Shown here piece by piece: positions 1 through 12,651 of a DNA stretch of 64,000 bases. The DNA lies in contig NC_042998.1 of assembly GCF_006345805.1 (NCBI RefSeq), positions 15,686,001 through 15,750,000 of the forward strand. Reading direction: 5' to 3'. Position 1 is the stretch's first letter; each line of letters begins with the position of its first letter. The notes below the pieces were generated by a model. The model had not been told where the DNA came from. It was given only the letters and a program-made list of their open reading frames with translations, and made no database searches. Source of the stretch: Octopus sinensis. Its lineage: Eukaryota. Position numbers and translations under genes: made by a program.

Positions 1-1494
1 TGATAAAAAGAACAATTTGTTTTAATGACAAATTTATTAGGAATATTAGATGTGCCCTAAGGGTATGCTCGTCCTAACAGTAAGCGGTTTTCCTGAGAAA
101 CCACGATGTTGAAGAGAGTAGATTGCCAAAACGGCATATGTTGCTAAAATCAAGTCCTTTAGCAAAACTGTTATTCTCCACAAGAAACAGGGAAAAAAAA
201 CCCAGAGAACACTAAATTTAGCAAAGTATTGAATTGGAGATTATATTCAGGTAAACAGTGTACCCTCTCCCAGTACTGTAATATACTATTTCAGTAAATC
301 ATCTCTTTCTCTTCTACAAATTACAACAAAGAACAAGTAACAACGTCTTGGACTTAGAATTTGGTGAAGATACTCGTCACGTTATCGATAAGTGTTCACA
401 AAATATTAGTCGAAGATACACAAGCCGATGTGCTCAAGTGAAGTCTAAACATGATAATTTACATCAACAGCAACGTATTCATGCCTGATAAAGCTTCAGC
501 GGTGATCTTAACTTCGATTAGTGTAAAGTGTTCAAAAGGATTGGTCAAATATACCTTGTATCTCTCCTTTAGCGTAAGTTTTTTGCGTCATCTCTTCAGA
601 ACCTTCATTGCTAATATGTATTACATCATCATGTTATTGGTGAAATTGTGCATAATACCCGACAAGGATATGCTCCCGAAGACACATTTTCCGCTACCTC
701 TCGTTTTATCTCACCCTCTCTCGCACTTCGGCATTTATACAATCATTTTTGTATTCGAATCAATAGAGTTTCTATCGAGAAAACTTAAAAAAAAAAAAGC
801 TTTTAAAAAATACACACACCTCCCAGTCCTTCCCAAAATGAATCAGATTTCATCTCTTGCAGTCTTAAGCTAATTGTTTTAGGATATGTTGTGATAAAAA
901 ATTCCCTTATTTTCAGTTCCAAAGAAAAGCGAGAGGTACCGTCAGTGATTGGTTCAGAATACAACCGGGAATATCTTACAAATGGTAGTGGTGAGACGGC
1001 AAAAAATCACCATACAGTCTGAGGTACAGACAGGACAATAAATAGGAGGCAATGTCCTCGATTACATGATTATATTGCAAACGGAATCATATCAGTGCGA
1101 TTACTTAGATTGGCCAACGATACACGTACATGTACACACGCTGTAACATATACCTACAGAAATACATGCACAGAACTCACACACATAGACAAAAACATTT
1201 ATATTCGCTTAAATATATGGCCAAATAGATACATTTATAAATACACTGAGATACGCATACATATAGACAAGTACATACGTATATAACTGCGCATACATAT
1301 GTGGGGATTTGAGTGCTTAGAAGTAAATATATAGTGAGACATAGATTGAAGGACACTTACAGTCAACGATGTGTTTGTTAAGGTCTGGGTGATAGAAATC
1401 GAAAAAAAACTTATCGTCCATATGTGTATGTATGCATGTATGTATGTGTGTATGTGTGTGTATGCGTGTGTTTGTGTGAGTGCATGTGTGTGTG

Positions 1495-1672
1495 TATCTC
1501 TAGATATCTCCCCAACACCATTTGACAACCTGCGTCGGTGTGTGCACGTCTGCATAACTTAGAGGTAAAAGATAGAATAAATCGTTGATTTGTTCGACTA
1601 AAACACTTCAAGGCGCTACCCCAGGATGGCCTCAGTCTGACGACTGAAACATGTGAAAGGATATAAGAATAA
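1495..1672 (+). mobile_element. Decayed 3' half of tRNA-derived SINE family A
   Basis: Diverged match to the 3' half of the copy at 11318-11772 (ttgacaacc...ggtgtgt..acgtc...gatttgttcgactaaa...gactgaaaca). Confidence 0.55.
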
Positions 1673-1774
1673 AATGTGAGCCTGCCTGTGTATGCGTGTG
1701 TTTCGACAGACACGTATTTATATATATATACATAGACATTCACACACATACTCCCCCACACATATATACATACA

Positions 1775-1910
1775 TACATACATACATATATATATATATA
1801 TATTGATATTGATACACATATATTGATAGCTAGATAATATATATGTACATAGTATATATATATGTATACGTATTTATATATATATTCATGTGTGTATGTA
1901 TATATATAAT

Positions 1911-1976
<66 letters not shown>

Positions 1977-2230
1977 CATACACTCATATATATATATGCA
2001 TGCACGCATATACTTACACCAAGCACATATACTTACATACGGCATGAATACACACTCACATACATATATACATTCATAAATACATACATACATACATACA
2101 TACATACATACACACATACATACATACACACATACATACATACATACATACATACATACATTCATACATACATACATACATACATACATACATGCATGCA
2201 TACATACATACATACGTACATATACATACA
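1775..2230. repeat. Compound (TA)n/(CATA)n microsatellite, representative of dozens of similar tracts in the window
   Basis: Directly visible di- and tetranucleotide arrays that generate the IYIY/MYVC pseudo-ORFs. Confidence 0.95.
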
Positions 2231-2887
2231 CGTATCACTGTCTAGTGTTCTTTACGTCAAAAGCAATTTATCAAAATATATGTCGAGCAGTCTGTACAAG
2301 TATTACTTGCATTTCCAACCTTCTCACTCATTCTGTCTGTTGCACTTGTTTCACATTCTAAACTCGACTGACTCTCTCCTTTCTCTCTCCATAACTCTAC
2401 ATCTTACGTCTTTTTCTTCATTCACAAACGATTCCTCTCTCGCTGTTTACAAAACTTCGTTTTCGTACGAAATTTCGGAGTTTTCATCAATTAGAAGCGT
2501 TTGCGTCCAATGATGCAAAACAGTATAATTGCCGCCAGTTAAAAATTTTATCCAAAGCAATTAAATCTCTACTCAGTATAAATGAACAGATACTTTGAGA
2601 AATAGCTTTTAGACACACGGACACATGGTCGAAAGACACAACAAACGCAGATATTTTTTTTCTTCCTCGCTTTCTCTTCTCGTCTCGCTCGGTATGTATG
2701 CGCGTATGTAAATGTGTATGTCTACTCCCTCTCTCTCTCTCTCTCTGCTTCGCTTTCTTTCAACCTCTCTGTGTTTCTGTCTGTAATTATGCGTGTGTGA
2801 ATGTGTCTGTGTGTGTGTCCGTGTGTATGTGAGCCCGTGAGTGTGTGAAACTTATTGTACATACAACGTATATCTTTAATCTCTTAC

Positions 2888-3135
2888 ACGTTTCAGTCTT
2901 TGGACTGCACCTCTCATGAGGCCCCTCCTTGAAGAGATATAATCAAACGGATCCACTCCAGTACCTTACTTGAAGTCTGGTAATTATCCTAGTGGAGACG
3001 TAAACAATCCACAATCTGGTTGTCACGATGTGGTGACAGGCAACCCCAAAACCTAAAAAGCAGACAGACGCACACATATATCATAGGCATCTTTCAGTTT
3101 CAATCTACCAAATACACTAAGGAGGCTTTGAGCAA
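2888..3135 (-). mobile_element. Highly decayed SINE family A copy
   Basis: Remnant motifs tttcagtc, gacgtaaaca, ggttgtca and ctttcagttt..ctaccaaat in the order of a minus-strand family A copy. Confidence 0.4.
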
Positions 3136-3234
3136 GCGTAATTTTAATCTAGTTGGCGTTGATTTAATCTTCAAACTTAAATGTAGTATATAGAAGCATT
3201 ATGAACTTCATTGTATAACTGGTATTTCTACGTT

Positions 3235-3467
3235 AAGGTGGCGAGCTGGCAGAAACGTTAGCACGCCGGGCGAAATGCTTAGCGGTATTTCGTCTGCCGT
3301 TACGTTGTGAGTTCATATTCCGCCGAGGTCGACTTTGCCTTTCATCTTTTCGGGGTCGATAAATTAAGTACCAGTTACGCACTGGAGTCGATGTAATCGA
3401 CTCAATACTTATGTCTGTCCTTGTTTGTCCCATCTGTGTTTAGCCCCTTGTAGGTAATAAAGAAATA
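3235..3467 (+). mobile_element. tRNA-derived SINE family B, full length, 14-bp target-site duplication
   Basis: A-box-like TGGCAGAAACG, B-box-like GAGTTCATATTCC and AATAAAGAAAT tail. TSD GGTATTTCTACGTT at 3221-3234 and 3468-3481. Homologous to 37374-37603 and 51154-51387. Confidence 0.9.
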
Positions 3468-3632
3468 GGTATTTCTACGTTGGAATTCTGGTTTCAGCCT
3501 GACAAATATGTTATGAATTCACGAGCATTTGGCATATCCATGCATTTACACTTCCATTGCAATGAACAGATAATTCAAAGAGAGATAGACTGTCTTCCTA
3601 TATATACTCACGCATATGCATATTCATATATA

Positions 3633-3684
<52 letters not shown>

Positions 3685-3687
<3 letters not shown>

Positions 3688-3876
3688 TAATACAAACAAG
3701 AAAGCACAAAAAAACACAACAATGCGAGGACGTGGAACAAATATAGTATTATTGGACGCTCAGGAAAGAAGGAAGGTTCAACGTTTCGAGCGGAGCTCTT
3801 CGTCGGAAACATAGGAGAAGGAAAGATCCAGAGAAGGGAAGAGAGACGAAAAAAAATCACCAACGGTACACACGCG
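3685..3876 (-). mobile_element. Hammerhead-bearing short repeat family E (putative non-autonomous Penelope-like element)
   Basis: About 190-bp unit with four homologous copies (3685, 9768, 37105, 48221) sharing both ends. The 3' end abuts (TA)n. Confidence 0.75.
3776..3810 (-). ncRNA. Minimal type I hammerhead-like motif, variant core CCGACGA
   Basis: Minus strand reads GUUU-CCGACGA-A-GAGC-UCC-GCUC-GAAA-CGUU-GAAC. Stem II GAGC/GCUC, palindromic ACGU stem III, 4-bp stem I with one wobble. Confidence 0.55.
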
Positions 3877-3884
3877 TATACATT

Positions 3885-4172
3885 GGTGCGTGTCCTAGTA
3901 GTCAGGCTGTTCCACTCACGATCGCCAGAACGAAGTTTCAATTTCCGGAACGTGCGATGCTTTGTGTTCTTGAGAAAACACTTCATGTCATGTTACTCCT
4001 GTCCACTAAGCTATCAATTGGGGACCCTCGACAGATCTGCCTTCCGATCAGATGAGGGAATGTTGGTCTGCTCGTCCAGCCAGTTGGGTTGAATCATTCG
4101 AACGAAAAAGCGACGGAAAGCGTGTTGTGATCAGAGATTTATAACAACAACCAATGATCTGGTTGATCACGT
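3885..4172 (+). mobile_element. tRNA-derived SINE, head C with CORE-like domain plus tail T2 (diverged)
   Basis: Head and body homologous to 9274-9450 (tgtgttcttgag.aaacacttca). The 3' tail is homologous to the reverse complement of 28437-28550. Confidence 0.65.
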
Positions 4173-4413
4173 ATATCATAATATTGTATACACTTATTCA
4201 TGTGTCTATGTGTGTATGTGAGCCTCTGTGTGTGTTTATGTGTGCGGTAACCCAGAGAAGAAGACGCGAGAAGGAGCCACAGGAAAAGAATGGGGAGAGA
4301 AAGAGAGAGAGGATGACGAAAAAGTGGGTATATAAGCGTAAAGGGAAAAGATATACATTCAAAGGAGTGGATCGGGTTTATTTAAGCAAAAATAATAAGA
4401 TAACTAAGTACAA

Positions 4414-4634
4414 CCCTTTAGCATTTAAACCGGCCATATCCGGCCAAAAGTATTCTGCCTGTTTTATGTTAAAATTGGCCAGATCTGGTCTCTCACACCA
4501 ACCCTACCATATCGTTTTAAAAATTAACAGCTACCTCATCAAAATCTCATAGCTACAAGATAATGTATGATTAGTTCAAAACAATGTGGATGAAGAAGCA
4601 TTAATTTTGGCAGAATAATGCAAACACTATAGGG
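4414..4634. mobile_element. Non-autonomous piggyBac-like MITE
   Basis: Imperfect TIRs CCCTTTAGCATTT / AAACACTATAGGG. TTAA on the right (4635-4638) and a degenerate ACAA on the left. Confidence 0.5.
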
Positions 4635-5264
4635 TTAAAGAAACAAAAAAATTGGCAATGAAAGACCTGAAGACGAAAAAAAAGAGCAGGGAGATGGAAG
4701 AAAGGAGGAGGAGGAGGAGAAGAAAGTGGAATGGAGCATGGGGGAGAAAAAACAAATAAATTAAGAAAGACATTACAAAATTTGACTTCGAGGAGGGTTG
4801 TAAATAAAATCGAAGAACATGTAAAAGTGCAATGCGGCACTGAATGTAAGATTAAATTTGTAAGATAACTAAATAAAACAGAAAAGAACGAAAATAATCA
4901 AACAGGTAAAAAGAGGGTAAATAATGCAGGCCATACCTCATCCCTATCTACCAGACGTAGTCTACTACTCATCCTTTAATCTTCGTCTTCGGAAAGTACA
5001 CAATGGAAAGTACACACTCACTCTCCAAGCCCCGCGGTTCGTACGTACGTACCTACCTACCTGCCGACCGACCTACCGTCCTACCAAGCTACCTACATAC
5101 ATACATATAGACACACATGCATAAGTGGACGCAAAGAACGCTTTTGCAAAAAAGAGACATTCATACTTGTCTCTTTCTATATTCCATGTAAAATTTGGCG
5201 GAACAATAGTTTTGTCCAAGGTCATTATTTGGATATGCGTGAATGACTGAATGAATGTATGTAT

Positions 5265-5334
<70 letters not shown>

Positions 5335-5543
5335 ATACATACATTCATTCAGTCATATATATATATTATTTATACGTGTGTGTGTATGCATGTATATATA
5401 TATATGTATTCATATATACAGAAAAAGTGAGAGAGACACGGACATGGAGAAATAGACACATAGACACTTAGATAATACATACATACATATACACAGACAC
5501 ACACACTCACGCACATATGTGTATGCATATAAACATACGTATG

Positions 5544-5599
<56 letters not shown>

Positions 5600-5643
5600 C
5601 ATACATACATATATATATATATAAATGCATACATACATACATA

Positions 5644-5706
<63 letters not shown>

Positions 5707-6279
5707 TGTTGATAAATATTGATACAGGACTGCGTGTGTGTGTGTATATACGCATTTATGGATATGTAACTTTATACATATGCGTCTATGTGTATTTGCG
5801 TATATGTATGCTACTAATGTTATGTATGTTAAACATTCTTGACACTAACTTAATGCTATTTCCTTTGCTTTTTACAAATGTCTCCCTTCATCACACTTGA
5901 TCATAATTCTTGGGTAGCAATTTTGTCAGGCAAAATGATGGCGACAAGTATCTGAAAATCTGTGTGGACAGCTTTATGGAGTTGGGGAGGAAAACATTGT
6001 GAAGCTACATGCTGAGCGTAAATCAATCAATTCAGTAATAGATTACGGGAAATAACTTCTATGCTGACCCAGCAATTAACTTTTCTCTTTTCTGGTTTTC
6101 AAATTGTGGTCTTTCCCTATAATTACCAATTTGTTTAATGGTTCAACGGCCAAATTGTTCAACGTCTTTTGTGAAAATTATATGTTGTAGCATTTTCCTC
6201 TTCGATTCACCTCCTTCTGCGGCATATATACAAATATAAATACATAATACGTACGCATATATATGGATAGTTAGGCGTC

Positions 6280-6353
<74 letters not shown>

Positions 6354-6525
6354 ATATAGGTATCTATGCAAGTATATTTGTTTATATATTTATGTGCACG
6401 CATTCACACATATATGCATATTCATATGTATATTCTATGCAAACATATATGTGTGTGTGTTTATATATATACATACATACATACATATATATATACATAC
6501 ATATATATTCATATATATATATATA

Positions 6526-6573
<48 letters not shown>

Positions 6574-6926
6574 GAGTGTGTATATGTGCGTGTGTAGAGA
6601 GAGAGAGACAGAGAGAAATGCAGAAATAGACAGAAAGAACTGGATAAAGAGGGTGAAAGAGAGAGTGGGAGAGATAAAGATGGACAGTTTGTTTTAAAAA
6701 AATCTGTTCTTTTTCTGTTACTCTTCCATCAAAGTTCCTCTTCTGTCTCATAGTCTGACTTATTGGCTGTTTGACGGCCTGTCTGTCTACCTTCCCCCAA
6801 CTCTCTCTCCCCATCTATCCGTCTATACTTTTATATATATATATATATATACATATATGTGTGTATGTATGTATATTGTATATATATGTATGTGTATATA
6901 TACATACATATATATATATGCATATA

Positions 6927-7018
<92 letters not shown>

Positions 7019-8948
7019 TGCATATATGCATTTATAAGTATATATGTGTACCATATGTTACATATACATGTATAAATATGTGTGTGTGTGTGTATTTGTA
7101 AATACTTAGACACTAATGTATATACATATATGATCACATGCGTGCATATATGTATACTTGTAAAGACAGAAAGACAGACACGCACGCACGCAGTTACACG
7201 CGCGCGCGTGCTCACACACACACGTGAGCACACATATTTGTATGTGTTACGTCGAATTTTACCTTCTCCAAGCTGGATGTCTAAATAGATGGCAGGAATC
7301 TCTCATTCCCAGCTGTTCGATGGCTGTTGAATCTACAAAGTTCATCTTAACTTTGATTTGATCTTTCCTTCTTCCTATTGGGTGTCCAACCCGCTGCTTT
7401 AGCTAGCTAGCTCGGTGTTATTGCCGGTTTAGTCGCTACGACCCGATCACATGGTATGCTATTGTCTATTCCCTTTTTTGAGCAGTAGATTGTTTTGATC
7501 GCCGAATTTTCTCACTTTAAAATAGTTCAAGCATTAGGCATCGCTTGATTTTTATCATCTTACAATATTATACATTATAGTCATTAGCCGAAAAATGTAA
7601 AATGCTCAATGAAAAATTGCATGGGTGGAATGAGTGTATATGTTTGCGTGTTTGATAGAGCTATGAACAACTATTGCAAGATACTCCCAACTTTCCAACA
7701 GCAATGTAAAAGAGTGTAGATACTTAGCTGGACTTTAAAACCACGTCCTTCTGCTGTAAGAGAGCAGTCACTTGATAACTGCATCTTTGTTCGTATATCG
7801 TTCACATTTCCGGTTATTTCTAAGTCCCAACTGAATGGCTCAGATTCCCGTGAGCAGGACCCTTTTTCTACAAATTGCATTCAGTAGGTGTTTAATTTGC
7901 TTGTTAGGTGCATGTGATACTGCAGACTTCCTTTGATATTGTTTTAACTTTGATCTTATAATATTTCAAGTATTTCCTGGGCAAATTGTCCGTCCCCTTC
8001 ATGTGTCAAACCCTCACGTTAAACCCTCCTTCAGTCTTAATATTTAGAAAATACTGAATATCTTTTGTTCCAGAGTGTTGACTCGGCTTCCGTCATTCTC
8101 TGCTAATTCTCTGTTGAGCAGAAACGATTTTATTGATGTAGCCATGTAGAATTGAATTAAGTTATGTAGATTTATTTTTAACAGAAACAGCCAGTTTAAT
8201 TAAAACCAATATTACAAAGGGATTAGAGTAAATAACGACCGCAGCAAAAGGCGACTCCCTAAGTATTTTGGTTGATCGATGGTAGAATTCACACGCCGGT
8301 TTCCATCACAACGTTGACACCCTAGTAATATGTGCACGAGGCGAGAAATATTAATCGTGTTGACGCCCATTCAATTCATGGAATGTAAATGGGAGATGTA
8401 ATCGCTCTTGGCCGTGACATTAGTGAAATGTCTCTGAATTGTATACAAAGAAATACATGCACTCAGGCACAGTTATATAAAAATTCTATAAAGGAATGAA
8501 TGTTTACTTAATCAAATGAATGCATGCAAACATAAATAGAGATGCACTTACATTTTACATACATTTGCCAAGCTTTCATCTTCTATATCGATATTTCAAT
8601 AAGAATGACAAGAACATGATCTACACAGAGATCTGTACCAACATGTGGTCACACATAGAATCCGTTGATAAAATTGTATTACGACTGTGATTACGAGAGC
8701 AAATATATGCAATTCACACCGGTTGTGTTGCTGTCAATGCGCTGACAGATTTTTCATCATAATACTGTGCAAAAAGCCGAACTGGTCCTAATAAACTCAA
8801 AGGATGAAGAAATCATATTTTGTCATGATATGCTTTAAGAAAAAGATTATTGACCTCATAAAACCTATAGCTGTCTTTGTCAAGTGTACACGCTGTATTC
8901 AAACGATATATACTGTGAGCAAAGATAGAATGACAATATTATACTTCA

Positions 8949-9080
8949 ACTGAAGACGTACTCTATGTCACGCTGGTGAGACCCATATTGGAGTATGGGA
9001 TTCAAGCCTCTTCTCCTTATCTCCTCAAAGACATACAGCACCTCGAAAGAGTTCAGAGGCTGGCTACCCGCCTGGTTCAT
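8949..9080 (+). pseudogene. CR1-clade LINE reverse transcriptase C-terminal fragment
   Basis: In-frame translation TEDVLYVTLVRPILEYGIQASSPYLLKDIQHLERVQRLATRLVH matches the CR1 motif LVRPxLEY...DIxxLERVQRxATR. Confidence 0.85.
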
Positions 9081-9085
9081 ATATA

Positions 9086-9265
9086 GGGAGAGTTTACGAA
9101 AAAAACAAAAGACGAAGACAGGTGGTGTACAAGACAAAGAGATGTATTAGTATAACGCTCAGGAATAGAAAAAAAGGCATTTACGTTTCGAGCCTACGCT
9201 CTTCTACAGAAAGGAACACAGAAAAAACAAGGAGAGAAAAAAAATGTGTGTAGTGGCTAACCATC
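9086..9265 (-). mobile_element. Hammerhead-bearing short repeat family F
   Basis: Homologous to 12367-12550 and the partial copy at 42323-42387. Shares cctgagcgtt..ac with family E downstream of the ribozyme. Confidence 0.7.
9178..9213 (-). ncRNA. Minimal hammerhead-like motif, variant core CUGUAGA
   Basis: Minus strand reads CUUU-CUGUAGA-A-GAGC-GUAG-GCUC-GAAA-CGUA-AAUG. Stem I has one mismatch. Confidence 0.5.
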
Positions 9266-9273
9266 TATCGTGC

Positions 9274-9746
9274 AGGTGCGTGGCTTAGAGGGTAGAGTGT
9301 TGAACTCACGATCGTAAGGTTGTGTTTTCGATTCCTGGACCGGGTGATGCGTTGTGTTCTTGAGCAAAACACTTCATTTCACGTTGCTCCAGTCGACTCA
9401 GCTGGCAAAAATGAGTAATCCTGCGACGGACCGGCGTCCCGTCCAGGTGGGGAATTTCTACGTCACTGAAACCGGGAAACCGGCTCTTATGAGATTCGCG
9501 GTTCGAATCGCAGGCCGGGCGATATGTGTGTTTATGAACGAAGCACCTAAGTTCCACGCGGCTTTGGCAGAAGGTAATGGCGAACCTCTGCTGACTCTTT
9601 CGCCACAACTTTCTGTCACTCTTTCCGCCTGAATCTTGCAGCTCACCTGCGACAGACCGGCGTCCCGTCCAGGTAAGGAACCTTTACATTAAGGAAGCCG
9701 GGAAACCGGCCCTTATGAGCCAGGCGTGGCTCGAGAAGGAACAAAC
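9274..9746 (+). mobile_element. Chimeric SINE dimer: head C + box V + partial tail T1, fused to 5'-truncated head D + box V + tail T1
   Basis: A-box TGGCTTAGAGG and B-box-like TTTCGATTCC. Box V (cctgcgac.gaccggcgtcccgtccagg) occurs at 9420-9447 and 9646-9673. 9493-9746 is homologous to the reverse complement of 43077-43340. Confidence 0.8.
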
Positions 9747-9767
9747 ACGTATATATATATATATGTG

Positions 9768-9966
9768 ACCTCGTGTGTACCGTTGGCGATTTTTTTCCTC
9801 TGCCTTCCCTTCTCTGGATCTTTCCTTCTATGTTTCCGACGAAGAGCTCCGCTCGAAACGTTAAACCCTCCTTCTTTCCTTCTTTTCTGAGCGTCCAATA
9901 ATACTATATTTGTTCCACGTCCTCGCGTTGTTGTGTTTTTTTTGTGCTTTCTTGTTTGGATTAACT
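9768..9966 (+). mobile_element. Hammerhead-bearing family E copy
   Basis: Reverse complement of 3685-3876, followed by (TA)n. Confidence 0.75.
9832..9866 (+). ncRNA. Minimal type I hammerhead-like motif, core CCGACGA
   Basis: GUUU-CCGACGA-A-GAGC-UCC-GCUC-GAAA-CGUU-AAAC. Perfect stem I GUUU/AAAC; predicted cut after U9862. Confidence 0.55.
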
Positions 9967-10939
9967 ACGCATATATATATATATATATCTCACAGTTTCA
10001 AGGATAACAATTACATTGATGGGTAATTAGCTTCGAGTGGAGCGTGAAACATATGTTACATCACGACTGCACGGAAACACTTCAGGTATTCAATACGATA
10101 CGATAGCTATGACATTGTATTTCATTCATGCCTCAAGTCATCCACTTTGTGATAGAGAATGTCATTTATGTGAAGCTAGAGACTCCACTTCAGATTTTCG
10201 CTTCTTACTTTGTTTTCGTTGCCGCAAAAATACGTATGAATGATGAAACAAACTCTCACAATAGTGTTGGATATGTCATATGAAAGCCTTAGTGTATCTG
10301 AAAGAGAGAAATCTTTGAAAATATTCTGCAGTCCTTTCAATCTTAACTTGGCTCCATCATTACTTACAACCAATTAGATGACATTTTCAAAACACAAACA
10401 TCAACAAAATCAAATAGGAAACAATGGAAGAAAAGGAAATTAAATGAATCTGTACGTTTCAGTATCAAGAAAAATAATGAATTCAAAACATTGTTTTCAA
10501 ATATAGAACATTTAAAATGCAAAAATATGTAAATAAAAAATAAATTTACGCGTCTAATAGTGTCATGTTAAAGGAAGTCGTCTTGTAATTATGTTATTCC
10601 GGGATAATGTTATTAATTTACCCAAAGAAATCGTAAAGAAAATAATTCAATAAACATATGTTTATTTTGTTAAACATAGATGTCTGTGTTATTTAATTTG
10701 GAAAATGTTTTGGAAAATAGTGGAATATAGTTTAACATTGAAGTCGATTCAAATACCAGTGTCTAAAGCGTGACAATGTGCGTAAATTCCTAAACACCAG
10801 CGTTTATCTGCTTTGATCTTTATGACTGTAATTTCGTATGTATTTTTGTGTCTGCATGCTTACACACACACACACACGCACATACACATGTTTTGCAAAC
10901 AACTTGCACATGCAAGTGCTAACATACGAAAGCTCCCCA

Positions 10940-11471
10940 TACTAGAAGTCAGCAAATGTATGGGTCATCAGGAAAGAAAGCTCTGTTTCGGGGATAGCTC
11001 TTGACGGCAGCATTGCGCACCGGCCCCACTCACTGAAATGAGGTCCCGCTTGCTAGATCAACTGGTTATCAGATATAGCTCAATATTTTTCTAGTCATTG
11101 GTCATCGTGTTCTTTTAACCAAATCCGGTGGCTTGCCATTTCCCCTATGGTTCGGAGATCCGTTGTGGTGGTATTTGTTTTACGATGATTAAGGCCTAAC
11201 AATAACAATAGACGCCTGACACTGTGTCCAACTAATCATTTGCATCCAACTTCGAATGGGAAATGCTTCACTTTCAAGACTGGGTCATTACATTACTCGA
11301 GGAAGCTTACATAAATAGGCGCAGGAGTGGCTGTGTGGTAAGTAGCTTGCTAACCAACCACATGGTTCAGTCCCACTGCGTGGCATCTTGGGCAAGTGTC
11401 TTCTGCTATAGCCCGGGCCGACCAAAGCCTTGTGAGTGGATTTGGTTGACGGAAACTGAAAGAAGCCTGTC

Positions 11472-11548
<77 letters not shown>

Positions 11549-12270
11549 ATGTGTTTGTGTGTTTGTGTTGTCTCCCTAGCATTGCTTGACAACCGATGCT
11601 GGTGTGTTTACGTCCCCGTCACTTAGCGGTTCGGCAAAAGAGACCGATAGAATAAGTACTGGGCTTACAAAGAATAAGTCCCGGGGTCAATTTGCTAGAC
11701 TAAAGGTGGTGCTCAGGCATGGCTGCAGTCAAATAACTGAAACAAGTAAAAGAGTAAAAGAGTAAAAGAGTATAACGGTCTATCGTTCGAGCCCGAGCGG
11801 CGTCCATATTTTCATCACGAGGAACCCTTAACTCAACCAGATTTACCCCTTTCTTTTTGTTTCTTTTTTGTTTTACATTATGTTATGATATCCGGTTTCT
11901 TAGTAAATGGTATGGGAAGGAATCCTTGGCACTCTGGTAAATCTGCAGTCACATCCAAATTGCCGTTCCAATTTTCATTGCCCACAGGAAGATTCTTCTT
12001 CTTGAAGCGGATACCACTACTGATGACATCAATTTGGTTCTTTATAGCATTCAAGATAACTTTAAGAATCAGATTGTGTCTTCAAGGATATCTATTCATT
12101 TCACAGTTGCAAAGAATATGTTTCAGGGTTTCGACCTTTCCGCATTTGCATATATTATTTTCTGTGACAATCTATCTTACTAGATTTGCACCCACCATAT
12201 CTAGGTGTGTAAGTGAAGACAGGATACCATCAGTCTCTGCTTCTACTTTCAACGCCCTGGCTGTTTTTAC
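10940..12270 (-). pseudogene. HERO-like RLE-clade non-LTR retrotransposon 3' relic, interrupted by a SINE
   Basis: Minus-strand translation gives the CCHC knuckle CKCGKVETLKHILCNC, RYP*RHN, KPDI, ELRVPRDENMDAARARTIDRY and, beyond the SINE, FPFEVGCK...GEMASHRIWLK. Contains stops and frameshifts. Confidence 0.8.
11318..11772 (+). mobile_element. tRNA-derived SINE family A, full length, with internal (TA)n/(TG)n and (AAAAGAGT)n tail
   Basis: A-box TGGCTGTGTGG and B-box-like GGTTCAGTCC. Homologous copies at 18291, 27255, 32046, 44351 and 62431. Confidence 0.9.
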
Positions 12271-12286
12271 ACACACACACGCGCGC

Positions 12287-12364
<78 letters not shown>

Positions 12365-12366
12365 TA

Positions 12367-12550
12367 GGGGGAGAGTTCACAACAAAAAAATAAACAAAAG
12401 ACGATGACAGGTGGTGTACACAACAAACAGATGTATCAGTACAACGCTCGGGAAGTGAAAAACTCTTTAACGTTTCGAGCCTACGCTTTTCCACAGAAAG
12501 GAACGCAGAAAGAAAGGAGGAGAGAAAATAAAGAAGGTGTAGTGGCTAGC
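12367..12550 (-). mobile_element. Hammerhead-bearing family F copy
   Basis: Homologous to 9086-9265. The 3' end abuts (TA)n at 12290-12366. Confidence 0.7.
12465..12500 (-). ncRNA. Minimal hammerhead-like motif, core CUGUGGA
   Basis: Minus strand reads CUUU-CUGUGGA-A-AAGC-GUAG-GCUC-GAAA-CGUU-AAAG. Perfect stem I CUUU/AAAG. Confidence 0.5.
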
Positions 12551-12552
12551 AT

Positions 12553-12651
12553 ATAAATCCGAATTTAGGGAAGGGAATAAATAAAATACAAGCTAGATAT
12601 GTTTCCTAGCCTGGATACTATTTACCCCATTCCCTAAATTTGGATTTTTAT
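12553..12651. repeat. Imperfect ~100-bp inverted repeat (MITE-like hairpin)
   Basis: ATAAATCCGAATTTAGGGAAGGG pairs with CCCCATTCCCTAAATTTGGATTTTTAT, and an inner caagctag pairs with ctagcctg. Confidence 0.55.

Noticed and set aside
1-1030. ORF 451-873 and nearby splice-like signals (acceptors near 294 and 916, donors near 251 and 991)
   Set aside because: No recognisable domain and no consistent exon chain, so it cannot be supported without transcripts.
1637-1656. CTGACGA-CT-GAAACATGT resembling a hammerhead
   Set aside because: No stem II, G at position 17, and it is a mutated SINE A tail (aatgactgaaacaagt).
10015-10062. GAAACATATGTT with an upstream hairpin, possibly a decayed hammerhead (similar case at 42884-42946)
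   Set aside because: The stems are suggestive but the CUGANGA core is unrecognisable (at most 4 of 7 matches). Not counted.
10940-10992. GAAAC...CTGATGA on the minus strand at the HERO-like 3' end
   Set aside because: The helices do not close in a type I, II or III arrangement, and GAGC replaces GAAA after the hairpin.
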